From positions 13,904,359 through 13,968,358 of the forward strand of contig OZ316893.1 in assembly GCA_973895155.1 (NCBI GenBank): a stretch of DNA of 64,000 nucleotides, written 5' to 3'. The notes beneath the pieces were generated by a model. That model was not told the DNA's origin. It saw only the letters and a list, made by a program, of their open reading frames with translations, and searched no databases. Position numbers and translations under genes: made by a program. The DNA is from Marsupella aquatica. Lineage: Eukaryota > Plantae > Marchantiophyta. Positions 47,274-59,774 of this stretch are shown here, piece by piece. Each line of letters starts with the position of its first letter. Position 1 is the stretch's first letter.

Positions 47274-50200
47274 CTACAATTGCAAAACCTGCAAAGTAGC
47301 ACGGTGTCTTGAGAAACTCTCTAAAGGAATCACTTTGGTAAAGACATCAGCGGGATTGAGCTTTCCATCAATCTTGACTAGTTCAAAAGTTTTACCAGAC
47401 ACTGCTTGCCTGATAAAATGGTACCTGATATCAATGTGCTTCACCCTGCTATCCATCACCTGGTTAGCAGCCAAGTGAAGAGCACTCTGACTATCACAGT
47501 TTAGAGTCATTTTGCCATGCTCTAAACCCATCTCCGCGATCAACTTGTCCAACCAAATTGCTTCCTTTGCAGCTTCTGCTGCTGCAACATACTCTGCTTC
47601 TATAGTAGACTGAGATATGCACTTCTACAAGATAGATTTCCAACTGATACATCCTCCTCCAAGAGTGTATACAAACCCAGTTGTAGACCTCCTTGTATCC
47701 AGACAGCCTCCATAGTCAGAATCTACATAACCAACTAACGTTCTATCTGATCTGTTATCAAATAGTAATCCATAGTCCTATGTACCCTTGAGATACCTGA
47801 GAATCCATTTCACAACTTCCCAATGTACCTTCCCTGGATTTGACATGAATCTGCTAACCTTCCCATCGCTAGGGCCAAGTCAGGCCTAGTACAAGTCATC
47901 AAGTACATCAGACTGCCTACTGCCTTCTCATAAGGAATCTTAGCCATCAGACCTTTCTCCACAGCATCTGTAGGAGAGAAAACCGATGATAACTTGAAAT
48001 GTGAAGCTAAAGGAATACTCACTGGCTTACAGTTCTCCATGTTGAATCGTGCAAGTACTTTCCTCGCATACTCGCCTTGACTCAAGCACAACTGTTCAGT
48101 CTCAGAGTTCCTAAAAATCTCCATCCCTAAGATCCTCTTGGCCTTACCAAGATCCTTCATCCTGAATTCAACACTCAATTTCGCCTTGAGATTGTCAACC
48201 TCAGATTGATCTTTAGCCACAATTAGCATGTCATCCACATAGATCACCAGAATGATGAAACCAAATACATCATTCTTGATTGATTTCGTATACACACAAG
48301 GATCATACACCATCCTTGTAAAACCTTGAGCAAGCATGAAATCATCAAACCGCTTGTTCCATTGTTTGGGAGACTGCTTCAATCCATACAAGGACTTGAG
48401 CAATCTACAAACTAAGTTCTCTTGGTCCTTCTTCATAAAGCCTAGTGGCTGTCTCATGAAGATCAACTCTTCCAAGTTACCATAGAGAAAAACAGTAACA
48501 ACATCCATCTAATCCATCACCAGACCAAAAAACACAACAAGCTGACACAAGATCCGAATTGTGAAATACTTAGCCACCGGTGAAAAGACCTCATTGTAAT
48601 CCACTCCTTTCTCCTAAGTGAATCCCTTAGCAACAAGCCTTGCCTTGTAGATCTTATCTCCACTCTCTGAAGGACTGTCCTTCAACTTGTAAATCCACTT
48701 GCTGTCCACCACTTGCTGACCTCTTGGAAGCTCCACCAGCTCCCAAGTTTTATTGTCACTCAAAGATTGTAACTCCCTTTGCATTGCTGCATTCCACTCA
48801 TGCTTCTGCTCTAAAGCACAAGCCTCACTATACGAAGAAGGCTCTCCTTCTTCCAAGATCAAAGCCATGTCATCATCATCAGGTGCAATGTCAATTTTAT
48901 CTAGCTTAAATGAGTCTGCCCATTAACCATACCTGGTAGGAGCTCTAGTAGAACGACTGGAAGTTCTTTTAGTAGATGACTTAGGCTGATCTGCTGCTAC
49001 TGCTGACTGATTTTGAGGTATTCCAACAACAATCTGCTCCTCTTATTCCATCACAGGAACCAGCTCCAAGCCCGGAGCTTCTCCATCTCTCCTGTCATGA
49101 ACTGCATCATGACTAATCTCCCCCTCAACCCGGTCCGGGATGAGAGATTTTCCCTTGTCAGTATGGGAGTCCTGAGAACTCTCCCCCTCATTTGATGATC
49201 TGGACTCATTAAAGGACACATCTCTACTGACAATTAGTTTACAGGTTACTGGATCCCATAACCTATAACCCTTCACACATTTTTGATAGCCAAGGAAAAT
49301 GCACTTCTTCGACTTGGACTCCAGCTTGGATCGAAGCTGGGAAGGTGTAAGCACATAAGCATCACATCCAAAAATCCTCAGATGTGAGTAATCTGTTGCA
49401 TGCCCGTACCTCATTTCAAATGGTGTCTTGAATCCAATAGAACTAGATGGAGAAAAATTTACCAAATAAGTTGTAGTGTTGACAGCTTCAGCCCAAAACT
49501 CATGTGGTAAGCATGATTGACTCAACATACTCCTCGAGCGGTCCAATAGTGTTTGGTTGAGTCTCTCTGAAACACCATTCTGCTGAGGAGTATAACTTGT
49601 TGTGAGATGGCGGGTAATCCCCTGCTCCTTACAATACGTTCTAAATTCCCCGGAACTGTATTCACCGCCGTTATCCGATCAAGGATATCTCACCTTGTTA
49701 CCAGTCTGATTCTCAACTTGGGCTTTCCACTCCTTAAAAGTGGCAAAAACATCAGACTTACTGTGTAGAAAGTAGATCCACACATACCTTGAGTAATTGT
49801 CTATGAACGTGACATAGTATAACCGTCCAGAATGTGAGGGAGTAGGGGCTGGACCCCACATATCACTATGTACATACTCAAGTACCTCCTTGCTGGTGTG
49901 ATTTCCAACTCTGAAAGGTTTCTTGTGCTGCTTCCCAAGCACACAATGCTCCGGAATGTGGCCCAAATGGAAGTGCCACAGCCGGACCGTCTCCTCATGA
50001 GATAAGGTTATATTAGCTTCATCACAAACTACACTGCCCTCCAAAACGTATAGATTACTATGTCTCTTTCTCTTCGATACAACTTTAGTACCAGTTGAAA
50101 CCTGAAGGACACCATTAGCAGAACTCCATTGATGGCCATTTGCTTCTAAAACTCCAAGTGAAATGAGATTTTTCATCATGCTGGGAATATGTCTCACATT

Positions 50201-52252
50201 CCTCAACGTTCTTACAACACCATCAAACATCTGAAATCTTACAGATCCAAGTCCAACAACTTGACATGGGATTCCATTTCCCATCAACACTGACCCGTTG
50301 GAAATCGTGTAAGAATTGAAAAAATCTCTCCTAGAGCAAATGTAAAAAGTACATGCACTATCTAGAATCCAGTCATCACTATCTGGATTTGACGCTACGT
50401 TGAGAGCATAACCTTGACATCACAATATGTCATCATCATCGAGTAAATCTACCTCATGCGAGCTTGATGCCGCGTTAGCTGATGCAGTAGGGTCCTTTAC
50501 TCGACAGTCTCTTTTCATGTGGCCAGGCTTGCCACAATTCCAACATGCAAGAGGCTTCCTCTCTTGCGATTTCCCTCTGGATTTAGATCTCCCCCGTGAT
50601 GTAGATCTAAACCTGTTCTGTCCATTTGAGCGCTATGCTGCTCTCCCACGGTTCACATTTAGCCCCTGGACCCTCACTAAGGGAAATGTAATGAGACATA
50701 CCTTTGACCGAAGGCCCCCAAGGTACCCCTTGTTATATTTTGGAAGAATATTAAAATGTATCTTGTTTGTTCTAAAAAGAATTTTCAGTCCTATATAAAA
50801 TTTACCTATGTTATTATAATCAGATAGATTTGAGGATTTAAAACACCCTTCATTTGTTATAAAAAAAATCTTTTGGTAAGAGATTCAATCATGAATGCAC
50901 ATTTTATTTAATGTACCATTAAGTAGCAAGTACACTAAACAAACACATTGCCATATAATATTTGGCAATGTGTGAAAGCCATTGGGGCTTTAGCACACAA
51001 ACATCTAATTTAAATTACATACGGGACTACATATATCAAAGTTCTCCAGAAGATTCCAACAAAATCTCACTACAAGACATGCATTAGAGGTGACATTGCA
51101 CTTAACAAGCCAAATAAGTCATCCACTACTCCCCTCTGTAAAATGCCAGACATCTTACTGGGCCATAGATTCTTAATGTTGCTCCATACATATGGGATGG
51201 GAGCATTCACTTCTGAAAACTGAGAGCAAATATTACAAATACTGGAATCACCACACTCAACACAAACCCATTGGGCTTCACCATTGTCCTTCTTGAAATT
51301 AGAACCCCCTAATCCACTGGTGTGATGACACGTGGTCCAATGAATAAGTGACGGGTGTCATTAGGTATTACCATGGCCCTTCAGTTCATTAACTTTGGTA
51401 CACATTTTAAAAAACCCTTCACCTCTTCTAATCGGTTGCAAATATAAACAAGGACCTTGTTGCTTAGAACGGTGTTATATTATTATTCACAGATTTGATA
51501 TTTAATACCCATCGGACGTTTGCACGTATGTTTTGTTATTTTGTAAGCTGAGGGCCCAGGGCATTTAGCGTAGTGCCAGAAGAAGATGCTGTCTATGATT
51601 GACCCAGCTTCTTCTGAGCATCATCAGACAGCAAGGAGCTCACCACCTCATTATATGAAATGGACTTCAGATCTCTATACAAGAGCACCTGTTTCAAGCC
51701 CTGATATGACGGCGGTAAGGAGCTTAGCAGAAGCAAGGCCTTATCCTCATCTTCAACTCCTTTTCCTAGGTTTGACAGATCCACCGCTAGACTATCAAAC
51801 TCATCTAGGTGATCCTGCATCTTGCTCCCTTCCTTGAGCCTGAGGCTCATCAAGAGAGACTTCTTGTAAAGCCGGTCTGACGCATCTTCCCCGTAGTACT
51901 TCTCTCTTAGAGCCTTGAACAATGACGCGCAATCCGCATAATCATCCAGCTGCTTGATGATGTGCGGCTTGAGATATAGCATCACTGCATTGACAGCAAT
52001 CACATGCTCTTGTCTCCACTGTCTCACATAAATTTCCTCCTCTCCATCATACTGCTCTCGTGAAGAAAGCAGATGAACTAAGCCCATGGCCCGAAGGACA
52101 CCCTTCACTTGCTTCTCCCACAGCAAGTAATCAGTACATCCATTGTACTTCTCCACCTCAAACTTTACTCCTCCGAATCTTGCCATCTCTCTCTTCTTCC
52201 CAACTACCAACAGCTCTGGTAGTAGAATAGCTTCCTCCACTGCACGCCGCAC
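47274..52252 (-). pseudogene. Copia gag-pol with stops, frameshifts and an insertion
   Basis: gag FEVEKYNG/LLLSSLPPSY, knuckle CWNCGKPGHMKRDC, protease WILDSAC, integrase VHSDMWGP/FLGY, RT KARLVAKGF/SLYGLKQ/YVDDML, RNase H CDSQSA/KHIDIRYHF/NPADVFTK. Confidence 0.95.
50664..51561. mobile_element. 898-bp non-autonomous DNA transposon inserted in Copia gag; 13-bp TIR, 8-bp TSD
   Basis: TSD CATTTAGC at 50656-50663 and 51562-51569; ends CCCTGGACCCTCA ... TGAGGGCCCAGGG; removal restores the gag frame (GTTLNVNRGR). Confidence 0.9.
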
Positions 52253-52411
52253 CGGTGATTATACCGGTGATACTTGTTCCTCCTCAAATGGTACCAGCTC
52301 CTCCTCAGACTCTCTGTCTGACTGTCGCAAACCTGAAGCTTCACCGACTCCAATTCTCCCAGTCTCCTCCGAGTCACTCATATGAGAGAATCACCACGCA
52401 ACCAAATTGTG

Positions 52412-52638
52412 AGAGGCCACAAACCGTGGGCTGTGGGTGCCAACCCACACAACCAAGATGAATCGGCCACAGGCCGTGAGCTGTAGGTGCTAGCCAAGCT
52501 GCAAGGGGCCACAGGCCATGGGCTGTGGGTGCCTCCTCACCAAGTTGCAAAAGCCCACAAGCCGTGGGCTGCGAGTGCCTCCTCACCAAGATGCAAGAGG
52601 CCACAGGCCGTGGGCTGTGGGTGCCAACCCACCAAGAC
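52412..52638. repeat. About 45-bp tandem repeats (about 5 copies) in the Copia 5' leader
   Basis: GGCCACAGGCCGTGGGCTGTGGGTGCC...CCAAG repeated. Confidence 0.85.
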
Positions 52639-53459
52639 TCTCTTCGCTCAAGTCATGCACTAAACACGCCACAATTGACGGGAAAATCACTATTCACTAT
52701 TTGTCATTTCCTTTGTGCCCTAAGTCACAGCCGCCTTGCTACTCCGCGGTGCCTTATCTCGTCGCACGCCGACAACATAATTCACCAACATTCAACGTTG
52801 TTTCTAATGACATCGCCACTTTACACCATAAAATAACAAGTTGCTAACGGGAAAAGTTGCCAAATTGCACAGACACAGTCTGCAAGCTCAACAAAGAAAA
52901 ACTTCCGTCACGTCACCTTCACACTGCGTCAAGTGCCAATCCCGGACTCAAAACGACCGCCTTGCCGCGATCTCACCGTTGAGTCCTAGCACTTCCATTT
53001 TCTTCTTCGAGTCGAACGTCACGATGACTAACCCGGTTCAGGGAAAAACAAGCACCATAGCTTGTCAAATAACCAAAACTCAACTTTCACTCATCATGAC
53101 ACACTCGCTTCACAAACGTCAGCATACCAGGTGCCAAAACAACCAGCTCGCTTCAACCTACAACTTGAGCTATAACATGTGATGCCTCCCGCACCACACA
53201 ACTCACACCGTTGCAAAAACGCAAACTCTGCTCTCTCCACGAAAAGCCGTTGAACACGAATAAACCCTGAACAATGAAAACTTCAATTCCTCCGCACCAC
53301 GGATACCGATCAGCGAGTTCTAACCACTGTTAGAAAGCCCTCTCATTAACCTATCCGCACAACCATACACATTCAAGTTTCATGCGACGAAACTCCAAAT
53401 GTACCATCGAAAATGAACGCTGGAAAACCTATCACGAAAAAACCTCGTCACCTCCCAGG

Positions 53460-53474
53460 CATGCTCTGATACCA
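53460..53474 (-). promoter_or_regulatory. Primer binding site (initiator tRNA-Met)
   Basis: Minus strand TGGTATCAGAGC 2 nt inside the 5' LTR boundary. Confidence 0.95.
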
Positions 53475-55288
53475 CTTGTTGAGCATAGACGACATTTGTA
53501 ATGGCAAGCCCATGAACCATCCAACGCACAATAGTCGACACAGAGAGATACGTGGTTCACCTCCACATGAGGCTACGTTCACTGGAACACACAAGAGCTT
53601 TACTGCACTCTAGGCCGACCGGCCATACCAAGCATCCACAACACAAGCTCTCCCTATCTCTCAACTAGCTCCGTAACAATGAGCCTAAGTTCCACCAGGG
53701 TCTGGCATCAGCCCTAGCTATATGCACAACAACACTACCGCTAACAATAGTTAAGTCCTAACCCAAGTTAGCCTAACTGTAGTTAGCTCATGAGTCACAA
53801 GACTAGAGCAATATCTAACAGGTGCCTCTCCGGTGGAACGGTTTAGTCGAATTGGATCTCATTGCAATTTTGCTCAGATTCGGCTATGGTGGGCTGCAAC
53901 TTTGGTCTTTGGCCTTCTTCAGAACTTTGTTCCCTTTGGTCTTTGGCGATAGTGGCTATGCGTCCTACAAAGTTATGGCCACTCTCTGATCCTTTACTTA
54001 CAATCGATTTGGCTATGGAGCTCTACTTTTGTTTGATCTTGTTCTCAATGTGGCTTTTCTCTTCTTATTCAGTCTGCCATGAAATTGGATTGCTCTCTGG
54101 CTCTGGCTCTGTCTCTTGGAGTCGTTCAATCATGTTAATTTCATTACGATCATAAGCTCATCTCCTCTACCCTCTCAAGGCCAGGACTTATTTCCAGGAT
54201 TGTAAGCGCTCTACTGAAAAGTGCGACGCGGATGCGGCTTCTATTAATTTCTGTTGAGAAAGAAACTCCTTGCTTGGTTCTCGAGAAAGTGCACACAAAA
54301 TCTTGGTTAACCAAAAAAAACTCTCACTTCTATTCTCAAGATTCTGAAATCCCTATTTTTAATTCCCTATGCTTGTATCTAAGTTCTTGCACCTTTCTCC
54401 TCTCATCGGATTTTATCTTGGAGTTCATCCGTCCATAGAACATCTTCACCAATGAGGTTCAATTCCTTTGTAGAATTGCATGGTAAGCAAATCATATGAT
54501 TTCTTAAAGGGGTGAGACATTCGATCAAGCCATGGTGTGAAAAATTCTGCATTCAATTTCACGTAGGTAAAGGGGAGAATTGTCTCTCTCATAACGGTAG
54601 AATCTACGTGCTGATAACGTGTTGTGATATAGGATTCATACATAGTTGAAGAGGGAGAGAGATTGAATGGATTTATTAATGAATGTATGAATGAATCACT
54701 CGGTTGGGGATCAACCGGGTGTATATATAGTGTCTTGAGGTAACCATGGTAAAGGTAACCTCCTAGTCTGGTCTAGGACTAGTTACCTCATAACACTTAC
54801 GTAAAGAAAGAACAAAAGAGGATTCTCAAAATGGGTTAACACGGGGGTTTGGGAGCATGTTAAACTTACCTTACATTACTCCCAGATTGTAACCAACAGC
54901 ACCCTGATGGAAACAAAGCCTTAATTAAAAGAAAAGGGAAAGGAAAGGGAAGGAAAGAAAAACAATTTCAAAACCTCAAGCTTAAGAGGAAAGAAAAGAA
55001 AGGAAAAAGAATTCCTTACCCAAGCTTGTCATGAAAGGAAAAAGGAAAGAAAATAATTTCCCAAAAGGGGTTTGGGGGCATATTAATCTTGGCTCTAGTA
55101 GTATATGTATGTCAAATTGCCAAAAAGCAGAACCACCCGTCCCACAGGGAGAGGCCAAAAACTCAATCAAGGGAGAACAAGGAAAAGGCAAAAAGCCAGG
55201 AAGACTAGGGTAGAAGCCAAACAAAAGAAAACCCAGAGACACATAAACCTAAACTCTACCTTTTGGCAAATCTAAGTCTGGTAAAGTT

Positions 55289-55431
55289 CAGGCGTGAACT
55301 TCATAGGAGGATGAAGCAAGGGAATTAGAGTAGAGGCCTGAAAGAGTACTCTACTCCAAGCTCAGGCATGAACTCATAGGAGCATCAAATAAGAGAATTC
55401 CTACTAGATGACTGAAACAGTACTCTACTCC
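55289..55431. repeat. Imperfect tandem duplication of about 74 bp
   Basis: CAGGC.TGAACT(T)CATAGGAG...CTGAAA.AGTACTCTACTCC twice. Confidence 0.7.
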
Positions 55432-55480
55432 CGGATTGAACTCTGCACCCCCATGAAACTGAAGCCGAAAATGGTAGGAG

Positions 55481-55493
55481 GGGTTTAGGGTTT
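55481..55493. promoter_or_regulatory. Telo-box (AAACCCTA on minus strand) about 430 bp upstream of the DEAD-like gene
   Basis: GGGTTTAGGGTTT; telo-boxes are common upstream of plant ribosome-biogenesis genes. Confidence 0.45.
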
Positions 55494-55924
55494 AAGACTG
55501 CCTAGTAGGGGTTTGGTGCGGTCTTAGTTTGAATGGCTAGGTTGAAAGGTGGGCTCACGATTTTCTGGTTTCTCCTGCAGCCTCTACACCGAGTCTCGTT
55601 GCAGTGAGAATTTTCACTCGAGATAGGCACCAAATCCCAGCTGCCATTACAGTCTTGAGTCCGAATCAATTGCGGTTCCAGCAGACGAGAAAGTAGCAAA
55701 AGCAATTGATCGCCGTGGAAACTGACTTTTAGTGAGAATGGCCAGTCGAGACAGGCAGCAAATCCCAGTTGACAGCAGAAGACGATCAGATCTCATTTTA
55801 AATCGAGGCAGAAGAGCTTTAGATCTTACGGATGCGTAAATAGGTGTGATTTCTTACTGAGCCGTCAGGACAGTGTGTGAGAGCTTGGGGTCGGGGTTTA
55901 GATTATTTTCTGAGAAGGCCCAAA

Positions 55925-58900
55925 ATGCCGAAGGGAGATGACCATTTGCAGAAGAAGAGGACCAAAGCCGTGCGCAAGCGGATGCGCAGGGTTGGCGCAG
56001 ATTCGCTGGAAGCCATTCAAGGCGTCCAAGCTGCCAAACGTCGGCGGAAATCCGGGACGCGTCGCGCTTGCGAGGTTCACTTCTATGCTTACACTTCTTC
56101 TTTGTTGATCTGCTGTGGGCCGGTAGAGTTGTGCACAATAATTTTGAGTTCTCAAATCCTGATGTGCAATGTGAGTGGCAGCTCTTGTGACGTCTGAATT
56201 CTTCCTAGTAGGATTTGGTGAGTCAATTTGATGGATTCCAATGTTCAAACTTGGAGTTGGACTTGTGAAGATGACAAAGACGTGATGGTTTTGTTGAATC
56301 TTGAGTTTTGTACTTGAGAGACCAGATCAATGTTCGCTACACCATGCTGGATCAAAGAACTTGTCTTCACAAACGATGATGGAGAAACAAAAATAAGTCA
56401 CGGTCATGCCATTTTTAGACCACACCACAAGTTTGCTGCATTTTGGAATGTTCGTCAAGTAGAGACGTGGATTGATTTTGACATGAATTGTGTCAAACAT
56501 TGGTAAACGGTTGAAGACACAAGAATGAGTTCACTGTTTTGACTTTTGTGACTTACGGAACAGGGCATGTGTTACACGCTTCCAACTCCAGATGACCCGT
56601 TCAATGAGAAAAGTGACCGTCGGAAGACAAGGCAAGAAAATAGAAAATTGCGAACCAGAGAGGTCCCTGAAGGAGAAATTTTAGAATTTGAGACCCACGC
56701 GGATGTTACGAACGGATATGGTATTGATGCAAATGCTGGTCATGAGAAGCGGCTAAAGAAACGGAGGATTTCGGACGACAGTGATGACAATTATGCAGCT
56801 CCCCTGGATAGTCGGAAACGTAGAAAGGGTGACAGGGAGGGTGTCAAAGAAGAGACCCGTGCGGGAAAGCATAGCCCAAATGGTAATAAGGAGAGAAGAT
56901 CTTTAAACTTAGAAGATTTTCAGGAACTCAATTCGGGAGCTCCATCTGTTGGCATGGAGCGTGTAGATGTCATTGAACGTGTGATCAGTAAAATCATACT
57001 TGATACGGTGGCCGAGGTAGGGATATTGAGCGAGGGTGTACTCAATGCAGATTCTATGAATGGAAACTCAAAGACGGGGACGAAGAAGCACGGTAGTATA
57101 TTTGGAAGGCACTGCCAAGCAGCTTTGGCTAAAGGGGTAGATGTAGTGTCACTGTCGTCACATGGTTGGGAAGAAAGGGTTCTCGGGTATGTCGACCCTG
57201 CCGCAGTCCACATCAAAGCACAGCTCTCGAAAGATGCTGCATCTCGCAAACCGCTTGTTCTTATCGTTGTTGCTTCACAAGACCGAGCTCTTCAGGTGGT
57301 GCTTATGTACATGATGCTCTTCCGAGCAACTAAGCATTTGAGTGAAAGTGTAGAAAATTGAAATTCTGTCTTCGTCCTGTTCTCGTGAATCATGTGTGGA
57401 TTAGTAGCTGTTGCTCTTGTATGCAGCAGCATCAGACAATGTCACGAGAGTAGATCATGTTGAACTTCTGGAGGATTGGCAAATAGAAACTTTGAACGGA
57501 AGATTTATGAAATGTAGACAATATTCGACCATAACTGGGAATTTGGTCTGGCACAGGTACGGTCTATTTGTAAACCTCTCAAGAAGGCATTGGGTATCTC
57601 CTCAGTCTGTGTCCACACAGGAACGAGCGTTGAATCACAGATTAGAGGGTGAGCTTCTAGAAAAGTTGAGCAGACAAGACCTGAATTCGTTGCGTGAGGC
57701 TCAAAATTTGCTAGTTTTTCCCAAAACCAAAAGGTGTTTTAAAGGATGTGCTTTAATTTTGACCATACTCGAAGCAAGTGTGACTCAAGATTGCCAACGG
57801 TCAAGGTCATTCCTCCATATTTGAACTGTTCGGGCTTAAAAGAAAACCTACACATGTTTTGCAATCTAATAGGCTTCAATGTAGATGAGAGGTAAACAAC
57901 TTGCATGGAAGTATATAATGAGATATATGCCCTGAATCTCATGTTCAATGTAATGGATGCAGGTTCAGCTTGCTGACACCAGAAATAGTAGTGGCTTCCC
58001 CTGAGCGACTTGGGGAGTTACTGGATGTTCAGGCTATCTCTTTGTCAAGTGTGTCATTTCTGGTACAGCTTCTAGCTGAAGTTCCTCGACTGAATTTTGA
58101 ATTTTTGTGAACCTGAATTTCAATTTGCATGTGTTATCAGATGTGAGCTTTCTTCACTGTTTACATATTAGTCTTTATCTGCTTTGAATTATTGGGTTTC
58201 ACGTGATGACCGAATATTCTACCGACAATTGCTGCCGGTTCGCATATCCATCAACCAGACAAGGAAGGCATCATTTGTTTTGAATGGTCTCCTACTGAAT
58301 TGTTACCCCAAAATAGTGGAATACTGTGAACTACTGAAGGTGGGACCGAAAGCAACACCGTCTGACCTACATTCAATTGCTCAATCAGCGAGCGGAGTTT
58401 CGTGGAGGATTTCCTGGTGTGAACGCCGAAGAGGCTAATACTAAATCGATTTACAATCTTTCCTAGAGCCCTACGCTCACACTTGTACTAATTTGGAGTG
58501 GTGCTATGTGGCAGGTGATTGATGGGTTGGATAACATTGTTAGCAAAGATCTTCAGACCCATTTGAGTAAACTTGCGGATTTTTGTGAAGGTGCACAGAG
58601 GCTTATCATTTGTGACAGATTCTCGAAAGATGTAGTTAATATTGCACGCCAGCTGGTTACGGACCCCATTGAGAGGGTGGTGTGTGAGCCCATTGTGGAA
58701 AGTAGTAGTGTCTGCATTGCTCAAGAAGTATCTGTCTTCACTGCTGCGAACAAGAGGCTGCCTAAGGTTCGCCTTCGTCAGACTTTACTGTTACAAATAA
58801 TGTCTAACATGGCTCAACGCGTAATTCCATTTGTTTGTGATTCTATTCAACATAATTGGATATCCGCTTATCGATTAGAGTGTGACGTTATTGTTAATTA

Positions 58901-59774
58901 TTCTCATAATGTCATTCTATGCGCACAGCTGCTGAAAATTCTACAACAATTGAGGGGAAATCAGGGGGAAAATCCAACGTGCAGCATTCTAGTCCTCGTG
59001 GAAAATGCTGAAGCGGTTGATAAGGTTCTCCTTTGCATTGAAGGAATGGGATATCTTACTGCGGGCCTCATTGGGTCCAAAAGTAGTCAAGTAGAACTCA
59101 TTTTAAAGAAACTCAGGTATTATAACTGAAAATTATATTCAATTTCCTTGTTGTATTGCAGTTTTGACCTTTCTGCGTTCATATGCATCAATTTAATTGG
59201 TTGACTATGACGTTTAGATTAATGTCTGCTATCAAGTTTCATCAAGAATACATACTCAGTTTGATTGCATAGGGAATTAAGTCTCCGCACACTTTGTGCC
59301 ACAATATTTTGAGAAGACGTTAGCAAAGATGGAGTTATTATTTTTCCTTTCAGGGTCGGTCTTAACTCTGCACATAAATAATGAACTATGAACGACAGAT
59401 CTTGGAGCGAACCTCCCTTTGTGGATCCTTATATTCTTGGGAACGTTGTTTTTGTAATGTTTGGTGACGGATGCAGAAAGGGTCGACTCCAGATACTTGT
59501 GACAACTGAAGAAGTTTTGAGCCAGGTGCCACTTGATACTATGCAAGTAGTCATCAACTACAGCTTCCCTTCAACCATGGAGGTGTATGAACGGATTTTG
59601 ATAGGTATGGCCAGGCGATCCGTACATGGCGAGCTCCACAACTTGTGCACGGCCTCCATGGCATCCATGGCACGTGATCTGGTGGAGGTTCTACAAAAGT
59701 GTTCACAAGAAGTTCCGAGGGCCTTGCAGATGCTTGCCGACGCTGCAGCCCTTGTTCAAAATGGAAAGCAGTAG
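55925..59774 (+). CDS. Degenerate DEAD-box-like (SF2 helicase fold) protein, about 603 aa, resembling the plant family of Arabidopsis AT2G28600 (from memory). Exons 55925-56074, 56564-57295, 57557-57648, 57963-58062, 58515-58766, 58929-59116, 59477-59774
   Basis: N-terminus MPKGDD...AAKRRRKSG..CEGMCYTLPT.DDPFN; PLVLIVVASQDRALQV (Ia-like), IVVASPERL (Ib/Ic-like), FLVIDGLD (II-like), VINYSFP, YERILIGMAR (VI-like); consistent GT-AG phases. Confidence 0.88.

Larger units (their letters stand above)
46831..53820 (-). mobile_element. Full-length decayed Ty1/Copia LTR retrotransposon
   Basis: 344-bp TG...CA LTRs at 53477-53820 (5') and 46831-47174 (3'), about 14 differences by eye; TSD GGTGC at 46826-46830 and 53821-53825; domain order gag-PR-INT-RT-RH. 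Confidence 0.97.
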
